This document shows positions 1-8,636 of a DNA stretch of 40,000 nucleotides, piece by piece. The stretch is from Nostoc sp. FACHB-152 (GTDB taxonomy: Bacteria > Cyanobacteriota > Cyanobacteriia > Cyanobacteriales > Nostocaceae). The notes beneath the pieces were generated by a model. It was given only the letters and a program-made list of their open reading frames with translations, did no database searches and was not told where the DNA came from. The number at the start of each line of letters is the position of its first letter. The stretch's first letter is position 1. Position numbers and translations under genes: made by a program. The stretch is from positions 21,515-61,514 of the forward strand of contig NZ_JACJRV010000002.1 in assembly GCF_014697475.1 (NCBI RefSeq), written 5' to 3'.

Positions 1-474
1 GAGAATTTCAGCTTGAGGAAAGCGGAGAATATATGCACCCATCACCCCAGCGATCGCACCACTAGCCCCCAACGACGGGATGCCAGAATTTTGGGAGAAA
101 TACCACTGAGTCAGAGATGCTAAAATTCCGCAAGCTAAATAGAATATTAAATATTTTACATGGCCTAATTTGTCTTCAACGTTGTTACCAAATATCCACA
201 GAAACAACATATTACCGGCTAAGTGCAGAAAGCCACCGTGCAGAAATTGAGAGGTAATTAAAGTTGCCCACTCTGGTACTGGTTGGTGAACAGAAACACC
301 AGCAAAGCTTAAGCTAAGTTCTTTGGGAACTACAGCCGCAAGGTGTAAAAAGCCATTTAATGCTTGCGGAGGAAGGCTACTTTCATATATAAATGCCAGA
401 ACATTGATGGCAATTAATCCGTAAGTTACGTAAGGCGTAATTTGTGTAGGATTATTATCTCTAATGGGAACCAC
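1..474 (-). CDS. Rhomboid-family intramembrane serine protease, N-terminal 158 codons (gene runs off the window start)
   Basis: Absent from the ORF track because it is open to the window edge. Minus-strand translation from GTG at 474 reads MVPIRDNNPTQITPYVTYGLIAINVLAF...FLHLAGNMLFLWIFGNNVEDKLGH...SLGASGAIAGVMGAYILRF. This carries the rhomboid HxxGNxxxLWxFG and GxSG catalytic-serine motifs. In-frame TAG at 538-540; alternative TTG start at 510. Confidence 0.8.
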   Translation of the reverse strand, partial: MVPIRDNNPTQITPYVTYGLIAINVLAFIYESSLPPQALNGFLHLAAVVPKELSLSFAGVSVHQPVPEWATLITSQFLHGGFLHLAGNMLFLWIFGNNVEDKLGHVKYLIFYLACGILASLTQWYFSQNSGIPSLGASGAIAGVMGAYILRFPQAEIL

Positions 475-691
475 AGGCGTTTTTCCTGATTTTTGAGGAA
501 CTAGCCTCAAATTACTGAATTTTGCCTGTCTTTTCTTCTACCTCTTGGCTGGATATTAATATCTGCCTTCTAAACTAAGAGTATGAGCTAGATTGCCCAA
601 CACTGGAGATCCCGCTATGATGCAACAATTAACGCCAGATAAGATGTTAAGCACCTAAGAGAGCAGTTTAGACCGCTCTTGTGCAGGGGAG

Positions 692-730
692 GCAGCGCGT
701 TGCGGGGGTTCCCCCCGTTGTAGCGACTGC
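692..730. repeat. GC-rich nested-hairpin small dispersed repeat (SDR-like)
   Basis: GCAGCGCGTTGCGGGGGTTCCCCCCGTTGTAGCGACTGC. Inner stem CGGGGG/CCCCCG sits inside an imperfect outer stem GCAGCGC/GCGACTGC. The same architecture recurs at 21734-21875, 28936-28976 and 34925-34972. Confidence 0.6.
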
Positions 731-806
731 CGTGAGCAGAGGGGCAGAGGAGAGGGTTTAAGTCATTTATTCACAATTTCAATGGTGCAGCTTAAATGCT
801 GATTAG

Positions 807-902
807 CTTACTACACCAGACATCATCTACCCTGACAGTGATGGGCAACCAATGGCAGATAATACTAAACAATTCCGATGGATTGTCACTATCAAAGAAT
901 AA
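807..902 (+). pseudogene. Remnant of a Uma2-family (DUF820) nuclease N-terminus
   Basis: The frame bounded by TAG (804-806) and TAA (900-902) reads LTTPDIIYPDSDGQPMADNTKQFRWIVTIKE*. This matches the YPDSDGxPMADNTxQFRWI signature I recognise from cyanobacterial Uma2 proteins. No plausible start, about 31 codons only. Confidence 0.5.
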
Positions 903-1118
903 GAAAATATTTATGTAATAAATATGAATTTGGAGTAAACTGCTGCTTGACCGCAATATTGATTTTGCTCATTTAGAAGATTCTAAAGTATACCATCTTC
1001 AAAGTTTAGTATGTCAAAGTTTGACACTTTTTTACTCCAATTCAAGAGCAAGAAGGATTGACGATTGCTTGCTTTTGCGGAAATGATGCAAATTAAAGTA
1101 AATTATTTTAGCTAATTC

Positions 1119-1739
1119 ATGTTTTTTAGCAACTCTTTAGAAAACCAACTGCAACAGTGGAACGATATCATTCGCAGTCAACCAAATAACCCCAAAGCTT
1201 ACGTTAGACGGGGTATGGTTAAATTTCAGCTAGCCAAAATTGATGAATCTATTCAAGATTTTGATACGGCAGAAAAGTTAGATAATCGACTTACTCCATA
1301 CCTTTGGCAACGTGGTTTGTCGTACTATTATGCAGCAAGATTTGCTGAAGGCACTCAACAGTTTGAAATAGATTTAACAGTTAATGCTCAAGATGTAGAA
1401 GAAACAGTATGGCGATATCTCTGCATAGCTCGCCTTTCTGGTGTCGAACAAGCACGAAATTCACTATTAACTGTGAAAAATGACCCCCGGCGGATTATGC
1501 GGAGCGTGTACGATTTGTATGCGGTAAATTGCACACCTGATGATGTATTGAATGTTGGGAAGTCAGAAGGAGTGAAAGGTAATTTTTACAGTCATCTTTA
1601 TTTAGGATTGTATTACGAAGCAGAAAATAATCTAGATTTAGCTCAAGAATATATCGTTAAAGCTGCTGATAATTACAAAATTGATGACTATATGTGGTAT
1701 CTGGCACAGGTACATAAAAATCTACGAAAATGGAGCTAA
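1119..1739 (+). CDS. TPR-like helical repeat protein (function unknown)
   Basis: 206-aa ORF. TPR-like segments (PNNPKAYVRRGMVKFQLAKIDESIQDFDTAEKLD; FYSHLYLGLYYEAENNLDLAQEYIVKA). No catalytic motif recognised. Confidence 0.5.
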   Translation: MFFSNSLENQLQQWNDIIRSQPNNPKAYVRRGMVKFQLAKIDESIQDFDTAEKLDNRLTPYLWQRGLSYYYAARFAEGTQQFEIDLTVNAQDVEETVWRYLCIARLSGVEQARNSLLTVKNDPRRIMRSVYDLYAVNCTPDDVLNVGKSEGVKGNFYSHLYLGLYYEAENNLDLAQEYIVKAADNYKIDDYMWYLAQVHKNLRKWS

Positions 1740-1790
1740 TTTAACGGTTATCAGGCTAAGTAAAGCTTTACATTAGTTCGTAATGTTTTT

Positions 1791-1833
1791 AAACGCAGAG
1801 TCACGCAGAGTAAGCGCGGAGGAACGCGGAGAG
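1791..1833. repeat. Short CGCAGAG/CGCGGAG dispersed repeat
   Basis: aaaCGCAGAGtcaCGCAGAGtaagCGCGGAGgaaCGCGGAGag. Related words recur at about 28978-28990 and 32838-32870. Confidence 0.45.
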
Positions 1834-1877
1834 TTTCTCAAGTTAATTTGTCGTTACGGACTTATGCAATTCGGTAC

Positions 1878-1927
1878 TAAGTGCTAATTTCCTAATAATT
1901 TATCTCGCAGATGTTTGATGCGATCGC
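1878..1927 (-). repeat. Ghost copy of the uvrB 3' end (direct repeat of 3258-3307)
   Basis: 50 nt align without gaps to 3258-3307 with 5 mismatches. The minus-strand reading gives DRIKHLRDKLLGN*, versus [13 protein letters not shown] at the true uvrB terminus. Similarity stops at a HIP1 site (GCGATCGC) and is preceded by an in-frame TAA. Confidence 0.8.
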
Positions 1928-1987
1928 CTTAGTAAGTCTACTCATCGTAGGTTCTGGATTGCTTAGTATTGGCTCAAAATTGACGCG

Positions 1988-2224
1988 TTAATTAATATAT
2001 ACCACGAGTGAGTAAATATAATAACAAGCAGAACCTATGGTTTCATAGCTTTTTTGTAGTGATAATTTGCCAAGGTTCAACTTGATGGCTATTTCCCAAA
2101 GACTAGCGATGCTAAAATAAACTAAATCTGCGGTATTAATCATTATCCGCAAATGCTCTGGCAGGTTAGAATCATTCTCAGTTAGCCAAATAAAGGCATG
2201 AGTATCTAAAAGAAAAGCACTCAT
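1988..2224 (-). pseudogene. Truncated PIN-domain (VapC-like) toxin
   Basis: N-terminus MSAFLLDTHAFIWL...SIASLWEIAIKLNLGKL is PIN-like. The ORF is only 78 aa (typical length about 125-135), ends in unrelated residues, and lacks the C-terminal acidic-residue region. Its ATGA overlaps the upstream antitoxin ORF. Confidence 0.6.
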
Positions 2225-2451
2225 TCCATATATTCCTTAAAAGCTTCGAGAGGTTCATCAAAGTCATCAGGCAAAGGTAAAACAAAAGTTCCTTTTAAAA
2301 TACCAGACCGACGCTTTTTTTGGAGTAAGCTTTCTTGGGAAATAGGCTTTGAATAATTTTCAAGTAAATATTTGGCATAATGCAAGAGTTCTTGTTTAAG
2401 CGGCTCTGGCATTTGCTCTATTGTTTGTAAAATCTCTGCATCAATAGCCAT
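2221..2451 (-). CDS. DUF2281-type antitoxin-like protein
   Basis: 76 aa. MPEPLKQELLHYAKYLLE... followed by a C-terminal acidic tail, in the usual antitoxin-first vapBC order, with a 4-nt overlap to the PIN ORF. Confidence 0.6.
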   Translation of the reverse strand: MAIDAEILQTIEQMPEPLKQELLHYAKYLLENYSKPISQESLLQKKRRSGILKGTFVLPLPDDFDEPLEAFKEYME

Positions 2452-2596
2452 GATTTCTCCTCAGAAAAGGAATTAATTTTATTGGCGGTTAACTTGAATG
2501 ACGATCGCCAGCTACTTTTACATTTACTTTGGCTGATTTGCGGCTTGGTCTTATCAACGCGATCGCGCTGTTCAGTAGCTTGTTTATAATAGAAAA

Positions 2597-3184
2597 CTAA
2601 TTGTCATTTTCGGGTGCTTCTGTTTCAAACTGCACTTGGCGGTACAAATCCGCGATCGCGATTTCTACATTCACCGATTCCAGCCGCAATATCTCCCCGG
2701 AATTATACTCTGACAGTTCCCATTTCCCTTGTTCGTTGCGCCGGAATACTTCTACACCTGGTTGTTCTACTTGTACTAAGACATATTCTTGCAAGATTGG
2801 GGATTGGCGATATTTAGCAAACTTTTTCCCTCTATCGAAGGCTTCCGTTGAAGGTGATAGCACTTCAATAATTAAGCAGGGAAATTTTATTAATTGAGTA
2901 TCAGTATCTCGCTCATCGCAAGTTACAACTACATCTGGATAAAAATACTTCTGTCCTGGTTCTACCTGCACCTTCACATCTACTATATATACTTCACAGG
3001 AGCGTTCTGCCAGAGCATCATCTAAAAGCTTAAAAAAATTTCCAGAAACCCGATTATGGTTACGTGTACCACCAGTCATCGCTACAACTTCGCCATCCCA
3101 ATATTCGTAGCGTTGTTCTTGGGTGGGTTCCCAAATTAGATATTCTTCTGCACTCATCAAAATGCTATCGGGTAAAGCAACCAT
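2597..3184 (-). CDS. Uma2-family (DUF820, PD-(D/E)XK-like) endonuclease
   Basis: 195 aa. YEYWDGEVVAMTGGTRNHNRVSGN...PDVVVTC...LIIEVLSPST...DRGKKFAKY matches the Uma2 pattern (D...E-V-x-S core). Confidence 0.8.
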   Translation of the reverse strand: MVALPDSILMSAEEYLIWEPTQEQRYEYWDGEVVAMTGGTRNHNRVSGNFFKLLDDALAERSCEVYIVDVKVQVEPGQKYFYPDVVVTCDERDTDTQLIKFPCLIIEVLSPSTEAFDRGKKFAKYRQSPILQEYVLVQVEQPGVEVFRRNEQGKWELSEYNSGEILRLESVNVEIAIADLYRQVQFETEAPENDN

Positions 3185-3263
3185 CGGCGCGATTGGGTAA
3201 TAATTGACTTTATCTAGGATAGCGAAAAAAGAGAGTTCTCTTTCTTGCTATCCTAATTAAGTG

Positions 3264-5261
3264 CTAATGTCCTAATAGTTTATCTCGCAAATTTTTAATG
3301 CGATCGCGCAATTTTGCCGCCTCTTCAAATTCTAGTTTCTTCGCTGCATCTTTCATCTGTGCTTCTAGCTTGGCAATTAAGTCTGGAATTTCTTCCAAAG
3401 GTATTTCATTGATATGTTCATCTACGACTTTTAGCTCAGTTGCATTTAGCCGTCGAGACACTTCTAAAAATGACAAAATTGCGTTGCTTGATTTTTTAAC
3501 AATTGGTTGCGGCGTAATTCCATGCATCCGATTATGTGCCATTTGAATACCACGTCGTCTGTCTGTTTCTTCTATAGCTTTAATCATGCTGTCTGTTAAA
3601 TTATCTGCATATAAAATTGCCTGTCCTCGAATATGACGCGCGGCTCTACCAATAGTTTGAATTAAAGAACGTTCAGCGCGTAAGAAACCTTCTTTGTCTG
3701 CATCTAAAATTGCTACTAGAGAAACTTCAGGTAAATCTAAACCTTCTCGCAGCAAGTTGACCCCAACTAAAACATCAAAATTTCCCTCGCGTAATTCTTG
3801 GATAATCTCGATGCGCTGAATGGAATTAATTTCTGAATGCAAATAGCGCACGCGAATGCTGTGGTCTTGCAAATATTCGGTTAAATCTTCCGCCATGCGC
3901 TTGGTTAATGTGGTAATTAACGTTCTTTCATGACGGTCAACTCTGTCTTTAATTTCTCCCAATAAATCATCAATTTGTCCTTCGGTAGGACGTACAGATA
4001 CTTCTGGGTCAATTACGCCTGTGGGACGGATAACTTGCTCAACTATATGATTCTCAGATACTTCTAATTCCCAATTTCCTGGGGTAGCAGAAACAAAAAT
4101 ACATTGGTTTACTTTCTGCCAAAACTCCTCTGCTTTTAAAGGACGGTTATCCGCAGCACTAGGCAGACGAAATCCATGTTCAATTAATACTTTCTTCCTA
4201 GCTTGGTCGCCGTTATACATCCCCCGAATTTGCGGCACACTAACGTGAGATTCATCGATTACTAACAGCCAATCTTTAGGAAAGTAATCAATTAAACATT
4301 CCGGTGCTTCTCCGGCTTGTCTACCTGCAAGGTGACGAGAATAATTTTCTACGCCGTTACAATAACCAACTTCGCGCAGCATTTCTAAGTCGTAGCGTGT
4401 GCGCTGATCTATACGTTGCGCTTCTAGTAATTTCCCGCCTTGTTCTAGTTCTGCTTTGCGTTGTTTTAATTCAAAGGCAATATCTTCGCAAGCAATTTCT
4501 AATCGTTCTTCTGGTGTGACAAAGTGACGCGCGGGGTAAATATTTACTGCTTCTAAACTATTAATAATTTCGCCTGTTACTGGGTCAACATAGCGAATTG
4601 CGTCAATTTCATCGCCAAAAAATTCTACACGAATAATTCTATCTTCGTAAGCTGGGCCGATTTCTAAAACATCACCCCGAACGCGAAAGCGTCCTCGACC
4701 CATTTCGACATCGTTGCGGCTGTATTGGACAGATGCTAAATCGCGCAAAACTTCTCGTTGGTTCACTTCCATACCAATTTTTAAGGGGATGGCGGCTTTG
4801 AGATATTCTGCGGGAATTCCTAAACCGTAGATGCAACTGATTGATGCAACGACGATGACATCACGACGTTCAAAAAGCGATCGCGTCGCTGAGTGACGCA
4901 ACATATCAATTTCGTCGTTAATCGAAGCTGTCTTTTCTATATAAGTATCGGTGACAGGAATATACGCTTCTGGTTGATAGTAATCGTAGTAGCTGACAAA
5001 GTACTCGACTGCGTTTTTGGGAAAGAACTCGCGTAACTCATTACAAAGTTGTGCAGCCAAAGTTTTGTTATGTGCCAAAACTAAAGTTGGTTTGCCAATT
5101 TTTTCAATTACTGCTGCTACTGTAAAGGTTTTGCCGGTTCCTGTCGCTCCCAGTAAGGTTTGGTAACGATTCCCTGATTGGATGCTAGATACAAGCTGTG
5201 CGATCGCTTGTGGTTGATCGCCTGTCGGCGTAAAGGGAGCTTGAAGACAAAATTCTGTCAT
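3264..5261 (-). CDS. uvrB: Excinuclease ABC subunit B
   Basis: 665 aa. Walker [11 protein letters not shown], helicase motifs (DESH), and a C-terminal UVR domain ([13 protein letters not shown]). Confidence 0.97.
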   Translation of the reverse strand: MTEFCLQAPFTPTGDQPQAIAQLVSSIQSGNRYQTLLGATGTGKTFTVAAVIEKIGKPTLVLAHNKTLAAQLCNELREFFPKNAVEYFVSYYDYYQPEAYIPVTDTYIEKTASINDEIDMLRHSATRSLFERRDVIVVASISCIYGLGIPAEYLKAAIPLKIGMEVNQREVLRDLASVQYSRNDVEMGRGRFRVRGDVLEIGPAYEDRIIRVEFFGDEIDAIRYVDPVTGEIINSLEAVNIYPARHFVTPEERLEIACEDIAFELKQRKAELEQGGKLLEAQRIDQRTRYDLEMLREVGYCNGVENYSRHLAGRQAGEAPECLIDYFPKDWLLVIDESHVSVPQIRGMYNGDQARKKVLIEHGFRLPSAADNRPLKAEEFWQKVNQCIFVSATPGNWELEVSENHIVEQVIRPTGVIDPEVSVRPTEGQIDDLLGEIKDRVDRHERTLITTLTKRMAEDLTEYLQDHSIRVRYLHSEINSIQRIEIIQELREGNFDVLVGVNLLREGLDLPEVSLVAILDADKEGFLRAERSLIQTIGRAARHIRGQAILYADNLTDSMIKAIEETDRRRGIQMAHNRMHGITPQPIVKKSSNAILSFLEVSRRLNATELKVVDEHINEIPLEEIPDLIAKLEAQMKDAAKKLEFEEAAKLRDRIKNLRDKLLGH

Positions 5262-5341
5262 ACAGTTTTGCTAGTAATACCCTATCTCATGTTAGCGATC
5301 TCACTAGACTTGTTGCAGAAGTTAGGGAAAAGCTACGCCTG

Positions 5342-5412
5342 GGGGAAAGGGTAAGAGTTTTGCTGTGGGTAAAAAGTAAAGGATTAAAAAATTGAGATTC
5401 TTCCCTTTCCCC
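5342..5412. repeat. Inverted repeat GGGGAAAGGGTAAGA / TCTTCCCTTTCCCC
   Basis: Arms at 5342-5356 and 5399-5412 are complementary (one mismatch) and separated by about 42 nt. Lies in the uvrB upstream intergenic region. Confidence 0.5.
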
Positions 5413-5632
5413 ATTTCCTTTTCTCCCTATACCTGTCGAGCTGGCGTTGCCAAATAACTATATAGAAATATTTCTTTACAATTCTTAATTGTTTTAATTT
5501 ACTTATGTATAAGTTTTGAAGATACTTATATCTATGCAAGGTTTTTTAAGGGTAGACTTTAATATACCGGAAAAAATCTATTTTTTCCTAAAATATTGTA
5601 AAGTTCATTAAAGCAACCAGAGGTGTTAGTTT

Positions 5633-6094
5633 ATGAGCATTAGCAGCACTGGCAAACCAGCTAGTACTCGTCAAAGACGTGCCAAGCTAAAGGGGGAATC
5701 TACAGTGGAAGTTGAAAATAATCAAGGTCAAGCTTTAAATAACGATCAAGCCGCACAAGGTAGCGATAAATCAGAAGAATCTGGAAAAATTGTGATTGCA
5801 GGTGTACGTCCTATTGCTGGTAGTGATTTGCAAGTTGCTGACACAGTATCAATTGCGGGTATACGTCCTATCTCAGCTAGTAATTTAGAAGTAGTAGAGA
5901 CAATCAACGTGATGGGGATTCGTCCCATTGGTGCTAACACCATCAATATTGTTGACAGTATTAACCTTTCTGGTATACGTCCAATTTCTTCCAGTACGTT
6001 AGTAATTTCTGATAGCTACTCTATCATGGGGAACCGTCCAGTAGCATCAAATTTTACTGATGATTCTGATTTACTTATGGGTTTTATCGACTAA
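5633..6094 (+). CDS. Repeat protein with five exact 19-residue periods (G-[VIN]-R-P-[IV] core), function unknown
   Basis: 153 aa. A basic/polar N-terminus is followed by Gly at residues 57, 76, 95, 114 and 133, each starting G-x-R-P-[IV]-x-[GAS]-[SN]-x-[LI]-x-[VI]. Followed by a good terminator. Confidence 0.65.
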   Translation: MSISSTGKPASTRQRRAKLKGESTVEVENNQGQALNNDQAAQGSDKSEESGKIVIAGVRPIAGSDLQVADTVSIAGIRPISASNLEVVETINVMGIRPIGANTINIVDSINLSGIRPISSSTLVISDSYSIMGNRPVASNFTDDSDLLMGFID

Positions 6095-6122
6095 ACCAAA
6101 AAAGCATCTCCATAATCCTGAT

Positions 6123-6153
6123 TAACCCGGTTTATTGATGAAATCGGGTTTTT
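6123..6153 (+). terminator. Rho-independent terminator
   Basis: AACCCGGTTT-attgatg-AAATCGGGTT (10-bp stem with one G-U pair) followed by TTTTT. Lies 29 nt after the stop at 6094. Confidence 0.75.
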
Positions 6154-6310
6154 TAATTATTTAATTAAAATGAAAAATTAGATATTGTGTTCAAGAATTT
6201 TGTTTTTATGAATACAACTTTAAATTAAGCTAACAGTTTATTACCAATTATTCTGAGGAATAGGATATAGAAACCCGTGTAGGAGTCGTAAAAAATAGAG
6301 ATAAGTAAAC

Positions 6311-6367
6311 GTAGACGCGTAAGCGGCTTGCCGCAGGCTACCGCCAAGAACGCCAAGAACGCAAAGG
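6311..6367. repeat. Dispersed repeat (TAGACGCG..AGCGGCTT.CCGCAGG family)
   Basis: gtagacgcgtaagcggcttgccgcaggctaccgccaagaacgccaagaacgcaaagg. Related to 28712-28757 (atagacgcggtagcggcttcccgcagg...) and to aaggacgctaaggacacgaag at about 28840-28860. Confidence 0.5.
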
Positions 6368-6584
6368 TAAGAAAGAAGAAAGAGATAGATATAAATTTCA
6401 CAAATGATTTAGGACTGCTATATTAGCTTGATTGTATTATCTTTCTTTGTATAGAGACAGCTAATATATCCTGTGGCGGAAGGCAAGAATAAAAATCTTA
6501 AGATAAGTTGTAATAGTAAGAATCAAGAAATCAAAGCAATTAATAGCTTTGAAACTTAGATTTATATAAGATTAGGAGAATAAA

Positions 6585-6767
6585 ATGAGCATAGAAGATC
6601 GTGCAAAAGCTACTGGCAAAAATATTGAAGGTAAAGCTCAAGAAGCTCTGGGTAATATAACTGGCGATCCAGAAGATAAAGCTGAAGGTAAAGCCAAACA
6701 AGCTGAAAGCGAAGTTCGCCAAGGCATAGAAGATGTGAAAGATTCAGTAAAGAAAAAGATTGACTAA
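6585..6767 (+). CDS. CsbD-family general stress protein
   Basis: 60 aa. KATGKNIEGKAQEALGNITGDPEDKAEGKAKQAE is the CsbD signature. AGGAG lies 8 nt upstream of the ATG. Confidence 0.85.
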   Translation: MSIEDRAKATGKNIEGKAQEALGNITGDPEDKAEGKAKQAESEVRQGIEDVKDSVKKKID

Positions 6768-7066
6768 GTAATAATTGTTTAGTCTCTAAACCTAAAAGGA
6801 AATAATCTTGATTTGGTGAAACAGTCAATCTCGAAATTTGACTTACATCCTTGATTTACTCTTTTTCTTTCGGAATTAAGCTAGGCTAACAGATAACACA
6901 GGTTCTGACTGTAGAGACGTGAAATATCGCGCCTCTACATTTCTAGTTTACTTAGCTAGATAAATAATGAATTTTGAGCTTAAAGACAACTTATATTTTA
7001 TTTAACTAGCTAAGAAATACAAAGAATTTAAAGTATTTAAATTGTTGCAGATTTAGGAGCGAAAAA

Positions 7067-7507
7067 ATGACGCTTTTCGAGCAGATTCGTAAAGTTGCGA
7101 TCGCCTTTGTTTTAATTGTGGTGCTAACTGTAACTACTGCTTGTGGTGGTGCTACAGTCAGCCAAGCTGACCGCACAAATACCCCGTCTTTAATTGGCAG
7201 AGATGTAGCTTATAGCCAATTAGAAAGAGGTAATACTCCAGGCGGACAAACTTTTGGTGACTGGGTTGTGCAAACATCCCAAGGATTAATTAAGGATGCC
7301 TTTGTTCGAGATAACAACAAATTAGGCGTAGTAATTTCTCGTGATGTTCGTCCTACTGAAGTTAAACCTTTAGCTAAATCATTAGTTCAAGGCTTTCACA
7401 AAAACTTCCCTAATCAAGATTTAACTGTTTTGGTTTACGGCCCTGACAAAAAGTTAATTTTGACAACTCAATACGATGTTCAGTCTCAGCAGGTGAAGTA
7501 TAGCTAA
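7067..7507 (+). CDS. Putative lipoprotein, unknown function
   Basis: 146 aa. N-terminal hydrophobic signal ending LTVTTAC-GG (lipobox-like Cys). AGGAG upstream. Confidence 0.6.
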   Translation: MTLFEQIRKVAIAFVLIVVLTVTTACGGATVSQADRTNTPSLIGRDVAYSQLERGNTPGGQTFGDWVVQTSQGLIKDAFVRDNNKLGVVISRDVRPTEVKPLAKSLVQGFHKNFPNQDLTVLVYGPDKKLILTTQYDVQSQQVKYS

Positions 7508-7650
7508 TTAGGGAATAGGGAACAGGTAATAGGCAATAAAAAATAGCCTTTTTGAAACCACTGAGTGTCCTTGTTCTAATTTATCCGGCTATTGCTATAC
7601 CAGTTTGATGAAATTGAAAACTAAAGATTCAAGAAATTAGGAGAAAAACA

Positions 7651-8172
7651 GTGTCTACTAGTGAAGAATACAGACGGCAAGTAATGAAAGATTTAGCTCA
7701 AGGTGATGTTGAATCATTGGATGATCCATCAACTGATGCAGCTACTCAATACGAGAATTTTGACGATTTTGCTCAAAGAACAACAACAGATCAACGTCGC
7801 CAGTTATTTGGTCGATCTATTCATCCAGACCGCATTCCTTCCAGCCAAATGGAACCGGAATTACAAAAAGCGATCGCACAAATTAAACCTAATGAGCGAG
7901 ATGATGTAGCGCGCGCCTTTTTCAAACACTTGAAAGGTAGAGGCTTAGATGAGCGTAACTTAGAGCAACAATTAGGTCTTTCCACTCATCACGCCAGCCG
8001 GATGAATGCTGATGATGTGAGCAAACTTGCATCCTTTGCTTATCACAACCACCCAGATGTTTTCCGCGAAGTGTTAGCAGAGCAACCAGGTATTATCAAG
8101 TTCCTCAGCAACCCTGTAGTCGCAGGAATTCTTGGGATAGCAGCTGCTAAGTGGTTAGGTAGCCGTAAATAA
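7651..8172 (+). CDS. Hypothetical protein with C-terminal hydrophobic anchor
   Basis: 173 aa, GTG start preceded by AGGAGA. C-terminal VVAGILGIAAAKWLGSRK. A strong terminator follows. Confidence 0.55.
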   Translation: MSTSEEYRRQVMKDLAQGDVESLDDPSTDAATQYENFDDFAQRTTTDQRRQLFGRSIHPDRIPSSQMEPELQKAIAQIKPNERDDVARAFFKHLKGRGLDERNLEQQLGLSTHHASRMNADDVSKLASFAYHNHPDVFREVLAEQPGIIKFLSNPVVAGILGIAAAKWLGSRK

Positions 8173-8200
8173 GTTTTCGTTTCCTGGAGAGTAAGACATC

Positions 8201-8227
8201 AAGGTGGGAAAGACCCACCTTTTTTTA
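8201..8227 (+). terminator. Rho-independent terminator
   Basis: AAGGTGGG-aaaga-CCCACCTT (perfect 8-bp stem) followed by a T6-7 run. Confidence 0.85.
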
Positions 8228-8275
8228 TGTGATTCGATTAATATCGTGTTCGGGAAGCGGTGTATCATTAAAGCC

Positions 8276-8310
8276 GCAGGGGAGCAGGGGTGCAAGGGTG
8301 CAGGGGAGAG
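8276..8310 (+). repeat. G-rich octamer tandem repeat (GCAGGGGW x4)
   Basis: GCAGGGGA GCAGGGGT GCAAGGGT GCAGGGGA GAG, giving four G3-4 tracts spaced by 4-5 nt. Confidence 0.7.
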
Positions 8311-8362
8311 TGTTTTTACGGTTTCTGCACAGATACACTCAACTATAACTAATCATCCAAAC

Positions 8363-8635
8363 CTCATTAAAGAAGCTCAAAGGTTCATTAAAGGAGTTCC
8401 AAGCCTCATTAATGAAGCTCAAAAGTTCATTAAAGGAGTTCTGAACCTCATTAAAGAAGCTCAAAGGTTCATTAAAGGAGTTCCAAGCCTCATTAAAGAA
8501 GCTCAAAGGTTCATTAAAGGAGTTCAAAGGCTCATTAAAGAAGCTCAAAGGTTCATTAAAGGAGTTCAAAGGCTCATTAAAGGAGTTCAAAGGCTCATTA
8601 AAGAGGCTCAAATACTCATTAATGAGGATTAATTG
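8363..8635. repeat. 13 x 21-bp strictly phased tandem array (two alternating unit types)
   Basis: Units start at 8363 + 21n with no indels. Type A is CTCATTAAAGAAGCTCAAAGG; type B is TTCATTAAAGGAGTTC[C/A]AAG[C/G]. The last units decay (CTCATTAATGAGGATTAATTG). Confidence 0.9.
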
Positions 8636-8636
8636 C

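Noticed and set aside
3298-4519. Plus-strand ORFs inside uvrB, and the many antisense or alternative-frame ORFs inside nifB, nifS, nifH, nifD, nifK, nifE, nifN, hesA and the NACHT gene
   Set aside because: These are shadow ORFs opposite or overlapping strongly supported genes, with no independent support.
6540-6828. Minus-strand ORFs overlapping the CsbD gene
   Set aside because: They are antisense shadows of a well-supported CsbD ORF that has a good RBS.
6911-6938. GTAGAGACG...CGCCTCTAC hairpin downstream of the CsbD gene as a terminator
   Set aside because: The stem is imperfect, there is no T-run, and it lies 140 nt from the stop. It resembles a common Nostoc dispersed palindrome rather than a dedicated terminator.
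8363-8635. Possible CRISPR array
   Set aside because: The units are contiguous with no unique spacers, are only 21 bp long, and no cas genes are present in the window.
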